Shown in pieces: positions 1-10,487 of a DNA stretch of 64,000 bases. The notes under the pieces are model-generated. The model ran no database searches, was not told the DNA's origin, and worked only from the letters and a program-made list of their open reading frames with translations. Origin of the DNA: an uncultured Gammaproteobacteria bacterium (GTDB lineage Bacteria > Patescibacteriota > Patescibacteriia > UBA9934 > CAZDDW01); contig CAZDDW010000003.1 in NCBI GenBank assembly GCA_964504365.1, positions 8,031-72,030 of the forward strand, read 5' to 3'. Position numbers and translations under genes: made by a program. How positions within the stretch are numbered: position 1 is the first letter of the stretch; each line of letters begins with the position of its first letter.

Positions 1-520
1 AACTAAGTCCGGTCAAACGAGCTAACGCGATCGTAGCTGAATTATCTGAACCTACTAAACTAGCGTGAAGGATATCGTGAACAGTCACCTGATCATTTAG
101 ATACAAATACAGGTGCCCACCCTCTCGAAGATCCTCATCAGAAACTGCTGCTAAATCATCAAGATCTAAACCGGAACGCAAGGAAACATACGCAGTCATT
201 AATTTAGTGATACTACCAATCGAACGAATTTCATTAGCATTTTTTTCAAACAAAGTACTTCCACTATCTCGATCAAGGACCAATGCACTAACAGCAGTAG
301 TAACAATACCAAGACTACTCTGATCTACTTTTATTGGAGAAGCAGTGGAAGCCAGTGTAGCAATTGGATCAGCCGACCAATCAATCAGCTGCTCAACTCC
401 AAGCGGCCGCGAGGTTGAACTTGGCAGCTGCGCGCGTTGCTCCAATTGCCCAGCATCAATCGGCACGAACTCAACCATTGTCAAAGCCAGAACAACTTGT
501 ATCAAAGCCTTAAAAATCAT
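1..520 (-). CDS. Serine-type D-Ala-D-Ala carboxypeptidase (peptidase S11), 3' end beyond window edge
   Basis: Manual translation MIFKALIQVVLAL...EKNANEIRSIGSITKLMT...GSDNSA shows SxxK and SxN motifs; the ATG overlaps the scpB TGA (ATGA). Confidence 0.85.
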   Translation of the reverse strand, partial: MIFKALIQVVLALTMVEFVPIDAGQLEQRAQLPSSTSRPLGVEQLIDWSADPIATLASTASPIKVDQSSLGIVTTAVSALVLDRDSGSTLFEKNANEIRSIGSITKLMTAYVSLRSGLDLDDLAAVSDEDLREGGHLYLYLNDQVTVHDILHASLVGSDNSATIALARLTGLS

Positions 521-1095
521 ACATCCATTTCTGTTTCAGGTTTTGTCTCATCAATAGGGTTCATGTCTGCTAAAACTTGTTCTAAGCTTTCGTGCGCACG
601 AAGGTCATCATAGTCTGGCAAATCCTTCACATTGTGTAGACCAACATGCCGAAGAAAACTATTCGACAATGTGTAAACCGGTTGTAAGCGCGTTTTGTCA
701 TCTTGCTCCTCGATTAGCCCACGCATTAATAAATTACGTAAAATTAGCGAACAATTGATACCTCGAATCTGCTCAATTTCTGGTTTGGTCACTGGTCCAC
801 GGTAAGCGATAATCGTCAGTGTCTCTAATGACGGTCTAGTTAACTCACCTGCCACTTCTTCTTTGACCAAAGACTCAACCACATCTCCGAATGCTGGATT
901 TGTTACTAACTGTAGTTTCCCTTCATGGTCGATCAGGTGTAGACCAGAACTATCAATGTTCAATTGTATTTTCAATTCTTCAATAGCTGTTTCAATCTCT
1001 TGTTTCTTAGAATCCAAAATCTTAACCAAACGATCAACCGCGATCGGCTTACCAGCAACAAACAGTACAGCTTCAATTTTCCCAACCAAAGACAT
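517..1095 (-). CDS. scpB: SMC-Scp complex subunit ScpB
   Basis: IEAVLFV, LETLTIIAYRGPVTKPEIEQIRG. Confidence 0.95.
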   Translation of the reverse strand: MSLVGKIEAVLFVAGKPIAVDRLVKILDSKKQEIETAIEELKIQLNIDSSGLHLIDHEGKLQLVTNPAFGDVVESLVKEEVAGELTRPSLETLTIIAYRGPVTKPEIEQIRGINCSLILRNLLMRGLIEEQDDKTRLQPVYTLSNSFLRHVGLHNVKDLPDYDDLRAHESLEQVLADMNPIDETKPETEMDV

Positions 1096-1784
1096 TAGTC
1101 TACTCTTTTAATATTAATATCATCAAATAGGTCTGGCTGACTAACATTAACGATCTTTTGTTTTACTAACTCAAGCAAGGCCAGAAAGTTTACTACCATA
1201 TCAATTTTTGATCCACTGCTCGTGATCTCACTAAATTTGAACCGAGCACGGTCCATAACTGCCTGATGAATATTTTTGATTCGCTCCTGAACCGAGGCCA
1301 CCTGTCGCAGGCTGGCTTTTTGCAAAGCAAGAAATGGCTCTAATCTTTTTACAAGACTACGCATGGCAGATTGAAGAACACTAGCGTCCAACCTTTTCGG
1401 TGGAGCAAACTCAAGAACTTTCTTCACCGGACGCTCACGCACATACATAATTTGATGCTGAGCATACAGCTCTTCAATTGTCTTCGAGGCTTCGACAAAC
1501 TTCTTATACATCTTCAGTTGCTCAGTCAAGTTTCCCTCCTCTTCCTCCTCGATCGTCAGGTCTGGCAAAATTGCCCGTGATTTAATGTAGAGCAGACGTG
1601 AAGCAATAACTAAAAAATCCGCTAACTCCTCCGCTGGTACCTGACCTTTCTCAATATAATCTAAATAGTCTTCAGCAACCTTAGCTAGCGACACCTCCGT
1701 GATTTCCATTTCCTCCTCTTCAATTAACTCAAGCAAAACTTGCAAAGGACCGGCAAATTCCTCCATTTTAAGCTCAAAACTCAT
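1095..1784 (-). CDS. scpA: Segregation/condensation protein ScpA
   Basis: FAGPLQVLLELI, ADFLVIASRLLYIKS, FLALLEL. Confidence 0.95.
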   Translation of the reverse strand: MSFELKMEEFAGPLQVLLELIEEEEMEITEVSLAKVAEDYLDYIEKGQVPAEELADFLVIASRLLYIKSRAILPDLTIEEEEEGNLTEQLKMYKKFVEASKTIEELYAQHQIMYVRERPVKKVLEFAPPKRLDASVLQSAMRSLVKRLEPFLALQKASLRQVASVQERIKNIHQAVMDRARFKFSEITSSGSKIDMVVNFLALLELVKQKIVNVSQPDLFDDINIKRVD

Positions 1785-1785
1785 G

Positions 1786-3183
1786 TTATTTTTTCTTTTT
1801 TATCTGTATTCCAAGTTCATCAAGTTGCCCTTTTTCAACCTCACTCGGCGCACCAGTCATTGGTTCATTGCCTTCGCTATTCTTTGGAAAAGCAATTACT
1901 TCTCGAATGCTTGGCTCGCCTTCCAAGATCATCATCAAACGATCAATTCCAGGGGCAATCCCACCATGGGGCGGAGCACCGTACTTAAATGCCTCAAGCA
2001 TGTGTCCAAATTTTTTCTCAGCTTCTTCGCCCTTGATTCCAACGATCTCAAGAATCTTCTTTTGCAGTTCTGCATCATGGATACGAATGCTTCCAGATGA
2101 CATTTCATAACCGTTACACACCATGTCAAACAACTGACCCTTAACGTTAAGTGTATCAGAATCTAGTTTGTCCAGATCTTCTTCTGCTGGCATAGTGAAC
2201 ATGTGATGCATCGATTCAGTCTGGCCATTATCATCATTTTTGGTAAATAATGGGAAGTCGACAATCCAGGCAAAGGCCAGCTCATCCGGATCATCTTTGT
2301 CTTTGCGTAAATCTGGTTTATCGGTTCCATACTTTTCCATTGACTCAGCATAGCCCAAGCGAGGCCAAGGTGTAGTCACTTTTTTGTTTGGATACAACTC
2401 CTTAATCATCTTAGTAAACATTTCCTCAGTTATCTGCAAAATCTCTTCCTGAGTCACAAATGACATCTCAACATCAAACTGAGTGAACTCAAGCTGACGA
2501 TCTCCACGAGCATCCTCGTCGCGCAGACATCGAGCCATTTGAAAATAACGCTCATAACCAGCAACCATGAGTAGTTGCTTATACTGCTGTGGTGCCTGCG
2601 GCAAAGCATAAAACTTTCCCTGACTCATTCGACTTGGGACAATATGATCACGAGCACCCTCTGGAGAACTAACTGTTAACAGCGGTGTTTCAATCTCGAT
2701 AAATCCGTTGTCAGTCATGTGATCTCGGAAAAACTTAACCACTTTATCGCGATTACGAATATTCTCTGCTAGTCGTTCAGTGCGCAGATCAAGATAGCGA
2801 TACTTCAAACGCAGTTCCTCGTTAACATCCATGGAATCCTTATCAATCTCAAATGGTGGGGTCTCACAGGTATTCTGAATGACAACCTTCTTGGCCAAAA
2901 TTTCGACTGTACCAGTAGGCAACTTCTCATTCTTCTGCTTTCCACCACGCTCCTGGACAACACCCTCTATTTCAAGCACAAATTCAGGACGAATACCTTC
3001 GATTAATTCCTTTGAAGTATCATCAAGTTCATCTGGAACAATAACAACTTGAAGTAAAGCAGACCGATCGCGCATATCCAAAAAAACGATTTTACCCATG
3101 TTTCGCCGAGAATGTACCCAGCCGTTTAGTCGAACAGTCTGCCCGACTTGTTTTGTTGTTTCTATATTAAGAGTTCTGTCCAT
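1786..3183 (-). CDS. aspS: Aspartate--tRNA ligase (bacterial type, GAD insert absent)
   Basis: RLKYRYLDLR, LPQAPQQYKQLLM, GAPPHGGIAPGIDR; start placed at MDRTL just after the asnS stop. Confidence 0.95.
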   Translation of the reverse strand: MDRTLNIETTKQVGQTVRLNGWVHSRRNMGKIVFLDMRDRSALLQVVIVPDELDDTSKELIEGIRPEFVLEIEGVVQERGGKQKNEKLPTGTVEILAKKVVIQNTCETPPFEIDKDSMDVNEELRLKYRYLDLRTERLAENIRNRDKVVKFFRDHMTDNGFIEIETPLLTVSSPEGARDHIVPSRMSQGKFYALPQAPQQYKQLLMVAGYERYFQMARCLRDEDARGDRQLEFTQFDVEMSFVTQEEILQITEEMFTKMIKELYPNKKVTTPWPRLGYAESMEKYGTDKPDLRKDKDDPDELAFAWIVDFPLFTKNDDNGQTESMHHMFTMPAEEDLDKLDSDTLNVKGQLFDMVCNGYEMSSGSIRIHDAELQKKILEIVGIKGEEAEKKFGHMLEAFKYGAPPHGGIAPGIDRLMMILEGEPSIREVIAFPKNSEGNEPMTGAPSEVEKGQLDELGIQIKKKK

Positions 3184-3187
3184 ATAT

Positions 3188-4477
3188 TTACGGTCTAATT
3201 CGATTGATAAGTCGTGGGAATGGAATAGTTTCCCGAATATGTTTTGTGCCACAGATCCAGCCGGTCAGTCGCTCCAAACCATAACCGAATCCTGAGTGTG
3301 GTACTGATCCGTATTTTCGCAGATCCAAGTACCACTGAAAATCTTCAACTGGAAGCTTGTGCTCTTTGATTCGCTTAAGCAATAAATCATGATCGTCTTC
3401 GCGCTGCGAACCTCCAATAATCTCTCCATACCCTTCTGGTGCCAACAAGTCTGAACACAGAGCAAGATCTGGATTATCTGAATCACGCTTCATATAAAAT
3501 GCTTTCACAGCAGCCGGATATTTTTCTACAAAAATAGGTTTGTCATACTGTTCAGTGAGTTTTGTTTCATCGTCGCCCCCAAGATCATCATTGTCTTTTA
3601 TGTCTGATCCAAGCTCGCGAAGTTTTGTAACAGCCTCAGCGTGAGTCATGCGGACAAATGGTGCCTTTACTTTTTCAAGAGCTGGTATGTCTCGTTCTAA
3701 AACTTTTAGCTCGTGCTCATTCTTTTCCAATACTTTCTCTACAATGAAACACACCAGGTCTTCTTGAATCTTTATATTCTCTTCATGCTCAACAAATGCG
3801 GCCTCAGCATCCATCATCCAGAACTCGGTCAAGTGCCGACGAGTCTTTGACTTCTCTGCCCGGAAAACCGGACCGAAATCAAAAGCACGACCATGACTCA
3901 TGATCGCGGCTTCAAGATACAATTGTCCTGACTGTGACAGGTAAGCCTGTCCTTCATCAAAATATTCAAGCCCGAAAAGTTCAGTTGTTCCCTCGCAAGC
4001 AGATGGGGTCAGAATTGGCGAATCACTTTTAATGAAACCTTCACGATTCAAAAATTCGTAAGTTGCGTTAATGATTGTGTTGCGTATACGTTGGATCGCC
4101 CACTGTCGTTCTGATCGCAACCACAAGTGCCGGTTCTCAAGCAAGAAATCAGGGCCGTGTTCTTTTTTAGAAATCGGATAGTCGTCTGGTGCCAGTTGGA
4201 CAACTTTAATCGAAACTCCTTCTAGTTCAAAACCAGATGGCGCTCGCGACTCTTCTTTAACCACACCCTCGACGATGACAGATGATTCAATCTTCAGATC
4301 CTGCAGCGCCTGCCACTGATCCTCTGGTAAATCAGCTTTTGAGAAAACCACCTGCACTCGGCCGGTTCCATCACGAAACTGCAAAAAAAATATCTTTCCG
4401 CTGGAACGGAAATTATACCCCCATCCTTTCAAGACAACTTTTTCGCTAATTTTAGCGCCAATTTCTGCAACTGTCAT
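3188..4477 (-). CDS. asnS: Asparagine--tRNA ligase
   Basis: RHLWLRS, YLSQSGQLYLE, FRAEKSKTRRHLTEFWM, EIIGGSQRE, YGSVPHSGFG. Confidence 0.95.
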   Translation of the reverse strand: MTVAEIGAKISEKVVLKGWGYNFRSSGKIFFLQFRDGTGRVQVVFSKADLPEDQWQALQDLKIESSVIVEGVVKEESRAPSGFELEGVSIKVVQLAPDDYPISKKEHGPDFLLENRHLWLRSERQWAIQRIRNTIINATYEFLNREGFIKSDSPILTPSACEGTTELFGLEYFDEGQAYLSQSGQLYLEAAIMSHGRAFDFGPVFRAEKSKTRRHLTEFWMMDAEAAFVEHEENIKIQEDLVCFIVEKVLEKNEHELKVLERDIPALEKVKAPFVRMTHAEAVTKLRELGSDIKDNDDLGGDDETKLTEQYDKPIFVEKYPAAVKAFYMKRDSDNPDLALCSDLLAPEGYGEIIGGSQREDDHDLLLKRIKEHKLPVEDFQWYLDLRKYGSVPHSGFGYGLERLTGWICGTKHIRETIPFPRLINRIRP

Positions 4478-4548
4478 ATCAACATTCTGAGGCTATTTTA
4501 GCTTATTTTAGGCTTATGTGCAAATCTACTTACTCACACTATCTAAAA

Positions 4549-4575
4549 ACCCTGATAACTTACCAGGGTCTTTTA
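4549..4575. terminator. Hairpin flanked by A/T tracts, probable intrinsic terminator
   Basis: aaccctg-ataactta-ccagggtctttt. Confidence 0.55.
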
Positions 4576-4600
4576 TTTGCTCGGTACTAGCCACTGATGA

Positions 4601-5683
4601 TTAGGCCGCCATATCCTTTCCTGTATTTTCAAGCAAACCAGTCAAGTGGGCAAGCATTTCTTCTCTTGCTTGTTTAATTTGATCAGGCTGCAAAAACATT
4701 GCACCGCTTGGGTCAACACCAACATCTTTAAGAAACCCTTGATCATCCGCGCCCTGCACCCGCTCAATAAATCCTGTAATTTGAGCTAAGGCCTTTTCAG
4801 CCCCATCTGAATCTATCAAATCTTGAAATCTTTGCTCACTCAAATTGTCTTTCCATTTATTAAGCCTTTCCATCTGAGCTGCATTTTCTTTTTCTGTTAC
4901 GTCCAAAGATTCGGCTAATCGCTGTGTCTGCAATAATGTATTTTTCCTTCCTACCAATCGACCCCTGGATTTTACCTCAGCTGATTCAATCTTGCCTTGG
5001 AGTGACTTTTGATCTGGCTTATCTACCCTTTGATCAAACTTAGTTGCAAGCGCAATCCCAAATCTCTCGTTTATATCATCAAACTGTTCCCGAATTTCAC
5101 TAAGTTCAGGATCAAGACCGGAGACAGCGTCAGCTATCTCTTCCTTTATTCTCATCACTTCCTGAGCCTCTTCAGGTGTTTTATCAGGTTTAGCAAACAT
5201 CCGATTCCAATCAACAATCTTTGTCCACAACTCATGCGAAGAAGGTTTATCAGGATTAGCTAAAGCCCCTAGTTTACCCTCAGCTGTAACCAACGCATTA
5301 TTCGACTCTGCATCTGAATAGGCAGATTCCAATGAACCCACAAAATCATCAAGGTCTGATTCACCTCTGATTAATTTATCTGCTTCATCTTCATAATGTT
5401 CAGCGCGCTCTTGGCTTGCCTCATCTCGCCCATCAGGATTACGCTGATAGTTCGTCTCACTGGCATTTGCATAAACATTACTATTACCAACTCCAACGTG
5501 CTCTTTGGCCACCAATCCGGTTACCCTTTGTAGCTCAGGCCCTTTTTCAAATCCGACCTCAGCCTTCTCAATAGCGTCAGCATCCAAATCAGGACTTGGT
5601 GCCTCTGGTGATTCTTTTGGAGAACCTTCTTGTTGAGCCTCAAGATGCGCCGCTAATTCGGCAAAACCCATTCCTTCTGCCAT
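4601..5683 (-). CDS. Hypothetical acidic, helical protein
   Basis: Long ORF; start MAEGMG follows an AT-rich leader; no family recognised. Confidence 0.75.
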   Translation of the reverse strand: MAEGMGFAELAAHLEAQQEGSPKESPEAPSPDLDADAIEKAEVGFEKGPELQRVTGLVAKEHVGVGNSNVYANASETNYQRNPDGRDEASQERAEHYEDEADKLIRGESDLDDFVGSLESAYSDAESNNALVTAEGKLGALANPDKPSSHELWTKIVDWNRMFAKPDKTPEEAQEVMRIKEEIADAVSGLDPELSEIREQFDDINERFGIALATKFDQRVDKPDQKSLQGKIESAEVKSRGRLVGRKNTLLQTQRLAESLDVTEKENAAQMERLNKWKDNLSEQRFQDLIDSDGAEKALAQITGFIERVQGADDQGFLKDVGVDPSGAMFLQPDQIKQAREEMLAHLTGLLENTGKDMAA

Positions 5684-5783
5684 ATAAATAATATTATTAA
5701 TATTTGTGACTACTTTAACCCATTTATCGCTATATTGCAATATATATTGACTTTTGCTAAGCTAAAAACAAGGAGGGCAAAGA

Positions 5784-6050
5784 ATGCCAAAAACAAAAAT
5801 ACCCCGGTCAACCGGGGATACCATTCGTGCAGTGTTCGCTGGCGAGATCGAGCCAAGGCCGGATCCTGAACGTGACCGAGTTACTCGGCAACTGACCGAA
5901 GAAATGTGCGGCACGTACGCCATGGATCACATGCCGAACGTCGGTGCTGAGGGTCCGGTTCGTTCCGAAGAGAATCGTGTCGAAGGTGTTGGTGGCGACC
6001 GCCGCAGCCATCTGCGATCGCCACACTCACGAGCACATCGCCGCCGCTAA
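5784..6050 (+). CDS. Hypothetical 88-aa protein
   Basis: AAGGAGG SD upstream; terminator agaccc-atctc-gggtcttttt immediately downstream. Confidence 0.65.
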   Translation: MPKTKIPRSTGDTIRAVFAGEIEPRPDPERDRVTRQLTEEMCGTYAMDHMPNVGAEGPVRSEENRVEGVGGDRRSHLRSPHSRAHRRR

Positions 6051-6081
6051 CCAACTTCTAGACCCATCTCGGGTCTTTTTC

Positions 6082-6855
6082 TTATACCAAACTAGCAACT
6101 CTTAATGATGTGGCTGGAATGGTTGGAAAATGACAGACCAGGAGTGATTCGACCAGGTCGTGGAATTCGAGCAAGGTCTGGCCAGGGATAGTTGGTTTAA
6201 GAAATTCTGTTGGTGATTCACGTGAAGCAAAGCGGATTAACTTCAAAGCGTCATCTGATATCTCACGCGCAGCAAACCAACTTTCCTGATCAACCATAAC
6301 ACAGCGAGAACAGACTACCCCGCCCTTGAGTCCATGCCAGCGATACGTACCCGGCTCGATCTCTAACTTGCAAGACAAACATCGCGTCAACTCTGGACGA
6401 TATCCTGAAATGCCGAGCAACTTCAAAGCAAAGGCAGCGAGCAAGAATCCAGCACGTTCTTGCGAGATCTCTGGCACACTTTCAATAAATTCAAGCCACT
6501 TTAAAACCTCCTGATACAACACTGGATCCTGCTCTTCGTGACGTGTAGCCAGGTCAACCAGATGCAGTGTCTGGCGCGCCAGGAGCAAACGATTTATGTC
6601 TGTGCAGATTGGATGATACGCTCGCAATCGCTCTACACCAGCAACAGTGTCGACTACACGGCCTCGTACTACCAACAAATCCAGAATCGCGAACGATTCG
6701 AGATGTGGACCAAGCTTGGCTCCAATCTTACGCGAGCCACGAGCATGCAATGACATCTTGCCTCGTTCCTCTGTCAAAACAGAATAAACACGATCATGCT
6801 CTCGATGATCGCGTCGGGCTAAGACTATTCCGTTTGTTTGAAACAGGACTGACAT
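6082..6855 (-). CDS. recO: DNA repair protein RecO
   Basis: GIVLARRDHREHDRV..LTEERGK..ARGSRK; CxxC...CxxC zinc finger. Confidence 0.92.
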   Translation of the reverse strand: MSVLFQTNGIVLARRDHREHDRVYSVLTEERGKMSLHARGSRKIGAKLGPHLESFAILDLLVVRGRVVDTVAGVERLRAYHPICTDINRLLLARQTLHLVDLATRHEEQDPVLYQEVLKWLEFIESVPEISQERAGFLLAAFALKLLGISGYRPELTRCLSCKLEIEPGTYRWHGLKGGVVCSRCVMVDQESWFAAREISDDALKLIRFASRESPTEFLKPTIPGQTLLEFHDLVESLLVCHFPTIPATSLRVASLV

Positions 6856-7247
6856 TATTTGTTTTGATCTAAATACGCTTGCAAGACTAACATGGCAGCC
6901 AGGGCATCGTCCGCAGCCTCAGCACCTTCTTCACGCTGCAAGCGAATGCTCTCAGCGGTTGTGTAGCGTTCGTCTTCTTCGTGGACTGGGATCGAGACAA
7001 CCTCTTGTAAACCTTTAATAAACGACCGTGTCTTTTCTAATTGTGGCGAACCTGGCCCTTCAACCGTAGACAACGGAACCCCTATAACAATCTCATCGAT
7101 CTGTTCAACAGCGATTCGGTCGGCCAGTTTTTGATAAATGTTCTCAACATTCTGGATTACATCCAAAGGCACAGCAATACCGGCTTCTGAATCCCCAAAA
7201 GCTAGTCCGATCTTTTTATCTCCATAGTCGATTCCGAGATACCTCAT
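6855..7247 (-). CDS. ruvX: YqgF/RuvX pre-16S rRNA nuclease
   Basis: LGIDYGDKKIGLA, VIGVP, DERYTT, DALAA. Confidence 0.92.
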   Translation of the reverse strand: MRYLGIDYGDKKIGLAFGDSEAGIAVPLDVIQNVENIYQKLADRIAVEQIDEIVIGVPLSTVEGPGSPQLEKTRSFIKGLQEVVSIPVHEEDERYTTAESIRLQREEGAEAADDALAAMLVLQAYLDQNK

Positions 7248-8020
7248 ACTGGTAGTGGGGTTAAAATCTCAGGACCGGATTCTGTGGCTACCATCGTCAC
7301 TTCAAAGTGAGCCGCCAGCGAGCGATCTGCAGTCACAGCTGTCCAGCCGTCGTCTGCGGTCTCTAATAAATATTCTCCGGCTGTAATCATTGGCTCAAGG
7401 GCCAAACATTCACCTTCTACAATTTTTTTCTTCTTCATTGCTCGATCATAAAAATTTGGAATCCGTGGTTCCTCATGTACTTCATGACCGACTCCGTGTC
7501 CGACCAATTGTCGTACGATTCCATATCCATGCGGTGCAATCGACTTTTCAACAGCCATACCGATATCTGCGATCGTGCCACCGACATGCACAGAAGCAAC
7601 AGCGTCGAGCAAAGCCTGCTTTGTCGCAGCCATTAGATCAGAAGCCTCCTTTGACACATTACCCACTGGCACAGTCACTGCCATGTCCGTGTATAGATCT
7701 TTATATTTGCACCCAAGATCAAGTCCAACAATATCGCCTTCTTTGAGTTCAATGTCGCGATCTGCGGTTCCATGAACAACTTCTTCGTTTATGGAAACGC
7801 ACAATGAACTTGGAAATGGATTGTCATCATGTGGCGTAGAGAAATTCAAAAATGAAGGCTCACCGCCCCCTGCCCTGATCTCAGCTTCTGCGATCTTGTC
7901 CAGCTCAGCAATCTTTGCACCCGGCCGCACCGCTTTGACCGCTTTGCCTAGTGCCTGTGATAGGATCTGCCCACCTTCTCGCATTAACTCAATTTCCTGT
8001 TCAGTCTTCTTTATAGCCAT
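7244..8020 (-). CDS. map: Methionine aminopeptidase type I
   Basis: SINEEVVHG, GHGVG..HEEP, LEPMI, AAHFE. Confidence 0.95.
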   Translation of the reverse strand: MAIKKTEQEIELMREGGQILSQALGKAVKAVRPGAKIAELDKIAEAEIRAGGGEPSFLNFSTPHDDNPFPSSLCVSINEEVVHGTADRDIELKEGDIVGLDLGCKYKDLYTDMAVTVPVGNVSKEASDLMAATKQALLDAVASVHVGGTIADIGMAVEKSIAPHGYGIVRQLVGHGVGHEVHEEPRIPNFYDRAMKKKKIVEGECLALEPMITAGEYLLETADDGWTAVTADRSLAAHFEVTMVATESGPEILTPLPV

Positions 8021-8022
8021 AT

Positions 8023-8511
8023 TTATTTAACATCTTCAAAGATCCCTAATTTTTTATTCTTTTTAACTTTGTCCCACTGGAAAATATGGCCATTCATGGC
8101 GATATAAACACCGGCCGGCATAGACTGAGCAAAAGCAATAGCACTGCCCAAATTAAATAATCCATCAGAACTACCGAACTTCCAAGGAACCATTGCTCCA
8201 GTCAACACAACGGTCTTGTCTTTAACTTTTTCAGCAACCACTTCTGCGGTATCAACCATAGTGTCAGTACCGTGAGTAATAACAATATTCTTCTCATCAA
8301 CCTCAGCACAATTCTCAGCAACTGTTTTTCGATCTGCATCAGTCATATCCAAAGAATCAATCATCATTAAAGTGCGCATTTCTACATCAACCAAATTTCT
8401 TCCCAACTTAAGCATTTCTGGCAAGTGTGTGTCTTTAAAAAACAACTCACCGTTTAGCTCATTATACTCTTTATCAAACGTCCCTCCGGTTAGAAAAATT
8501 CTTACTTTCAT
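8023..8511 (-). CDS. Short L-asparaginase-family protein (N-terminal catalytic domain only)
   Basis: TGGT and HGTDT motifs, VLTGAM. Confidence 0.85.
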   Translation of the reverse strand: MKVRIFLTGGTFDKEYNELNGELFFKDTHLPEMLKLGRNLVDVEMRTLMMIDSLDMTDADRKTVAENCAEVDEKNIVITHGTDTMVDTAEVVAEKVKDKTVVLTGAMVPWKFGSSDGLFNLGSAIAFAQSMPAGVYIAMNGHIFQWDKVKKNKKLGIFEDVK

Positions 8512-8513
8512 AA

Positions 8514-9140
8514 TTATATTTTCAGACTTTTAGTTATATTGTTTGCTACTTCCTCAATCGAACCACTGCCATCAATCTCAACCAAAATTCCCATTTCTCG
8601 ATATCGCTCAACCATAGGTTCAGTTTGTTCATGATAAACCTTCAGCCGTTCACGTATCGCCTCTGGTGTATCGTCTTCACGCTGCTCTGGCTTGCCACCA
8701 CAGGGACAACCTTCTGCTGGTGGTGGATTGTATTCAATATGATAAATCCGACCGCAAGCAAAACAGGTGCGCCGCCCAGAAATCCGCTCCACAGCCGTGT
8801 CGTCATCCAGGTTGATCAGTATTGCGTGCGTTGGCTGATCGATTTTTAAAAACAGATCAAGTTGATTCAGGCGCCGAGGAAAGCCGTCAAGGATATAGCC
8901 GTTCTTTGCATCGTCGCGATTCAATCGTTCACGAACAACCTGATCTGTCAGATCATCTGGCAACATCTTACCAGCATTAATTGTCTCATCCACCTGTTTA
9001 CCCAGAGGGTTATCCTGCTCGGCAATCTGACGCAATAGGCGCCCCATAGAAATCGCTGGTATCCCAAGCCTCTCAGACAGCTTTTCCGCCTGAGTACCCT
9101 TCCCAGAGCCCTGCGGCCCAATCATTAATATCTTATGCAT
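8514..9140 (-). CDS. adk: Adenylate kinase
   Basis: GPQGSGKGTQA, ILDGFPR, Cys-containing LID. Confidence 0.95.
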   Translation of the reverse strand: MHKILMIGPQGSGKGTQAEKLSERLGIPAISMGRLLRQIAEQDNPLGKQVDETINAGKMLPDDLTDQVVRERLNRDDAKNGYILDGFPRRLNQLDLFLKIDQPTHAILINLDDDTAVERISGRRTCFACGRIYHIEYNPPPAEGCPCGGKPEQREDDTPEAIRERLKVYHEQTEPMVERYREMGILVEIDGSGSIEEVANNITKSLKI

Positions 9141-9175
9141 ACGCAGACAGTATAGCAAAGGATGAAAGGAATCCA

Positions 9176-9200
9176 AAGCGAGGTCTTTCGACCCCGCACA
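9176..9200 (-). terminator. Hairpin after secY
   Basis: gcggggtc-gaaa-gacctcgc-ttt. Confidence 0.6.
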
Positions 9201-9224
9201 CTTGATACTTACATTATGAAACTT

Positions 9225-10481
9225 CTAATAATCGTACTCCCGCATGGCAACCTGGCCCTCAATCTGCTTGATCATATCAATAATAACTGAAACCACAATC
9301 AAGATTGATGTTCCACCAACAATCATTGAAGCATTACCTGTTGCCTGTTGCATAATCAACGGCAGCACAGCGATCAGGGACAAGAAACTTGCTCCTCCAA
9401 ATAGAATTCGATTTGAAATCCAATCTAGATATTCAGCAGTTGGTGTACCTGGTCGGATACCCGGAACAAAGCCACCTTGTTTCTGCAAGTTGTCTGCAAT
9501 TCTGTCCGGATGAAAAACCACATTGGCATAAAAGTAAGTAAAACCAAATACCAAAACAAAATAAGTAATTCCGTAAAACAGCTGATTCTGGAATAACTGA
9601 TTAATCCAAGTTGCCGCGGTCTGCAAGAACTCACTATTAGCAGCCATAAAAAACTGAGCAACCATGGTTGGGAACAAAACAATCGAGATGGCAAAGATGA
9701 TCGGAATCACACCAGCCAAGTTCACTCGAATTGGCAAGAATGATGCTGATCCACCACCTCCGCGCAAACGACGAGCATACTGAACCGGAATGTTGCGCTG
9801 GCCTTCGTTCATAATTACCACACCAATAATCGTGGCAATGGTCACTACGGCAAACATAATCATAATAAACAGTTGTGACATGTCAAAAGTGGCAAATGTT
9901 CTCTGGAAAAAGCTTGGTAGTCCAGCCAAAATTCCAGCAAAGATCATGATGGAAATACCGTTTCCAATTTTGCGTTCAGAAATCAATTCACCCAACCACA
10001 TCAAAAAAATGGTTCCAGCAGTCATAACTATTAACGATGTAACCAAATGATATCCGGTAATACTAAATCCAAGTGCCCCGCCCTGCTGGCTCAAAAGAGC
10101 AATCAAACCATAGCCCTGCAACACGGCCAATGGAACAGTTGAGTAGCGTGTCCACTGAGTAATCTTTTGTCGTCCAGCCTCTTCCTTTTGCATTTCCTCT
10201 AACTTCGGCACAATCATAGCCAGCAGCTGGAAGATAATTGAGGCAGTAATATATGGGGCCACACCAAGGGCTACAACGGAAAAGTTATCCATAGTTCCAC
10301 CGGCAAAGATGTTCAGCAGCCCAAAGAACTGATTTGTTTCAAATAAACTAGATAGGGCTGTGGCGTCAACACCTGGAACTGGAATATGAGCAGCTAATCT
10401 AAAAATCACGAGCATGCCCAGCACAAAAAGTATGCTTAAACGCAGCTCGCGAATTTTGAATATTTTTTTAAATGTCAGCAT
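9225..10481 (-). CDS. secY: Preprotein translocase SecY
   Basis: [34 protein letters not shown]. Confidence 0.97.
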   Translation of the reverse strand: MLTFKKIFKIRELRLSILFVLGMLVIFRLAAHIPVPGVDATALSSLFETNQFFGLLNIFAGGTMDNFSVVALGVAPYITASIIFQLLAMIVPKLEEMQKEEAGRQKITQWTRYSTVPLAVLQGYGLIALLSQQGGALGFSITGYHLVTSLIVMTAGTIFLMWLGELISERKIGNGISIMIFAGILAGLPSFFQRTFATFDMSQLFIMIMFAVVTIATIIGVVIMNEGQRNIPVQYARRLRGGGGSASFLPIRVNLAGVIPIIFAISIVLFPTMVAQFFMAANSEFLQTAATWINQLFQNQLFYGITYFVLVFGFTYFYANVVFHPDRIADNLQKQGGFVPGIRPGTPTAEYLDWISNRILFGGASFLSLIAVLPLIMQQATGNASMIVGGTSILIVVSVIIDMIKQIEGQVAMREYDY

Positions 10482-10487
10482 AGGTTG

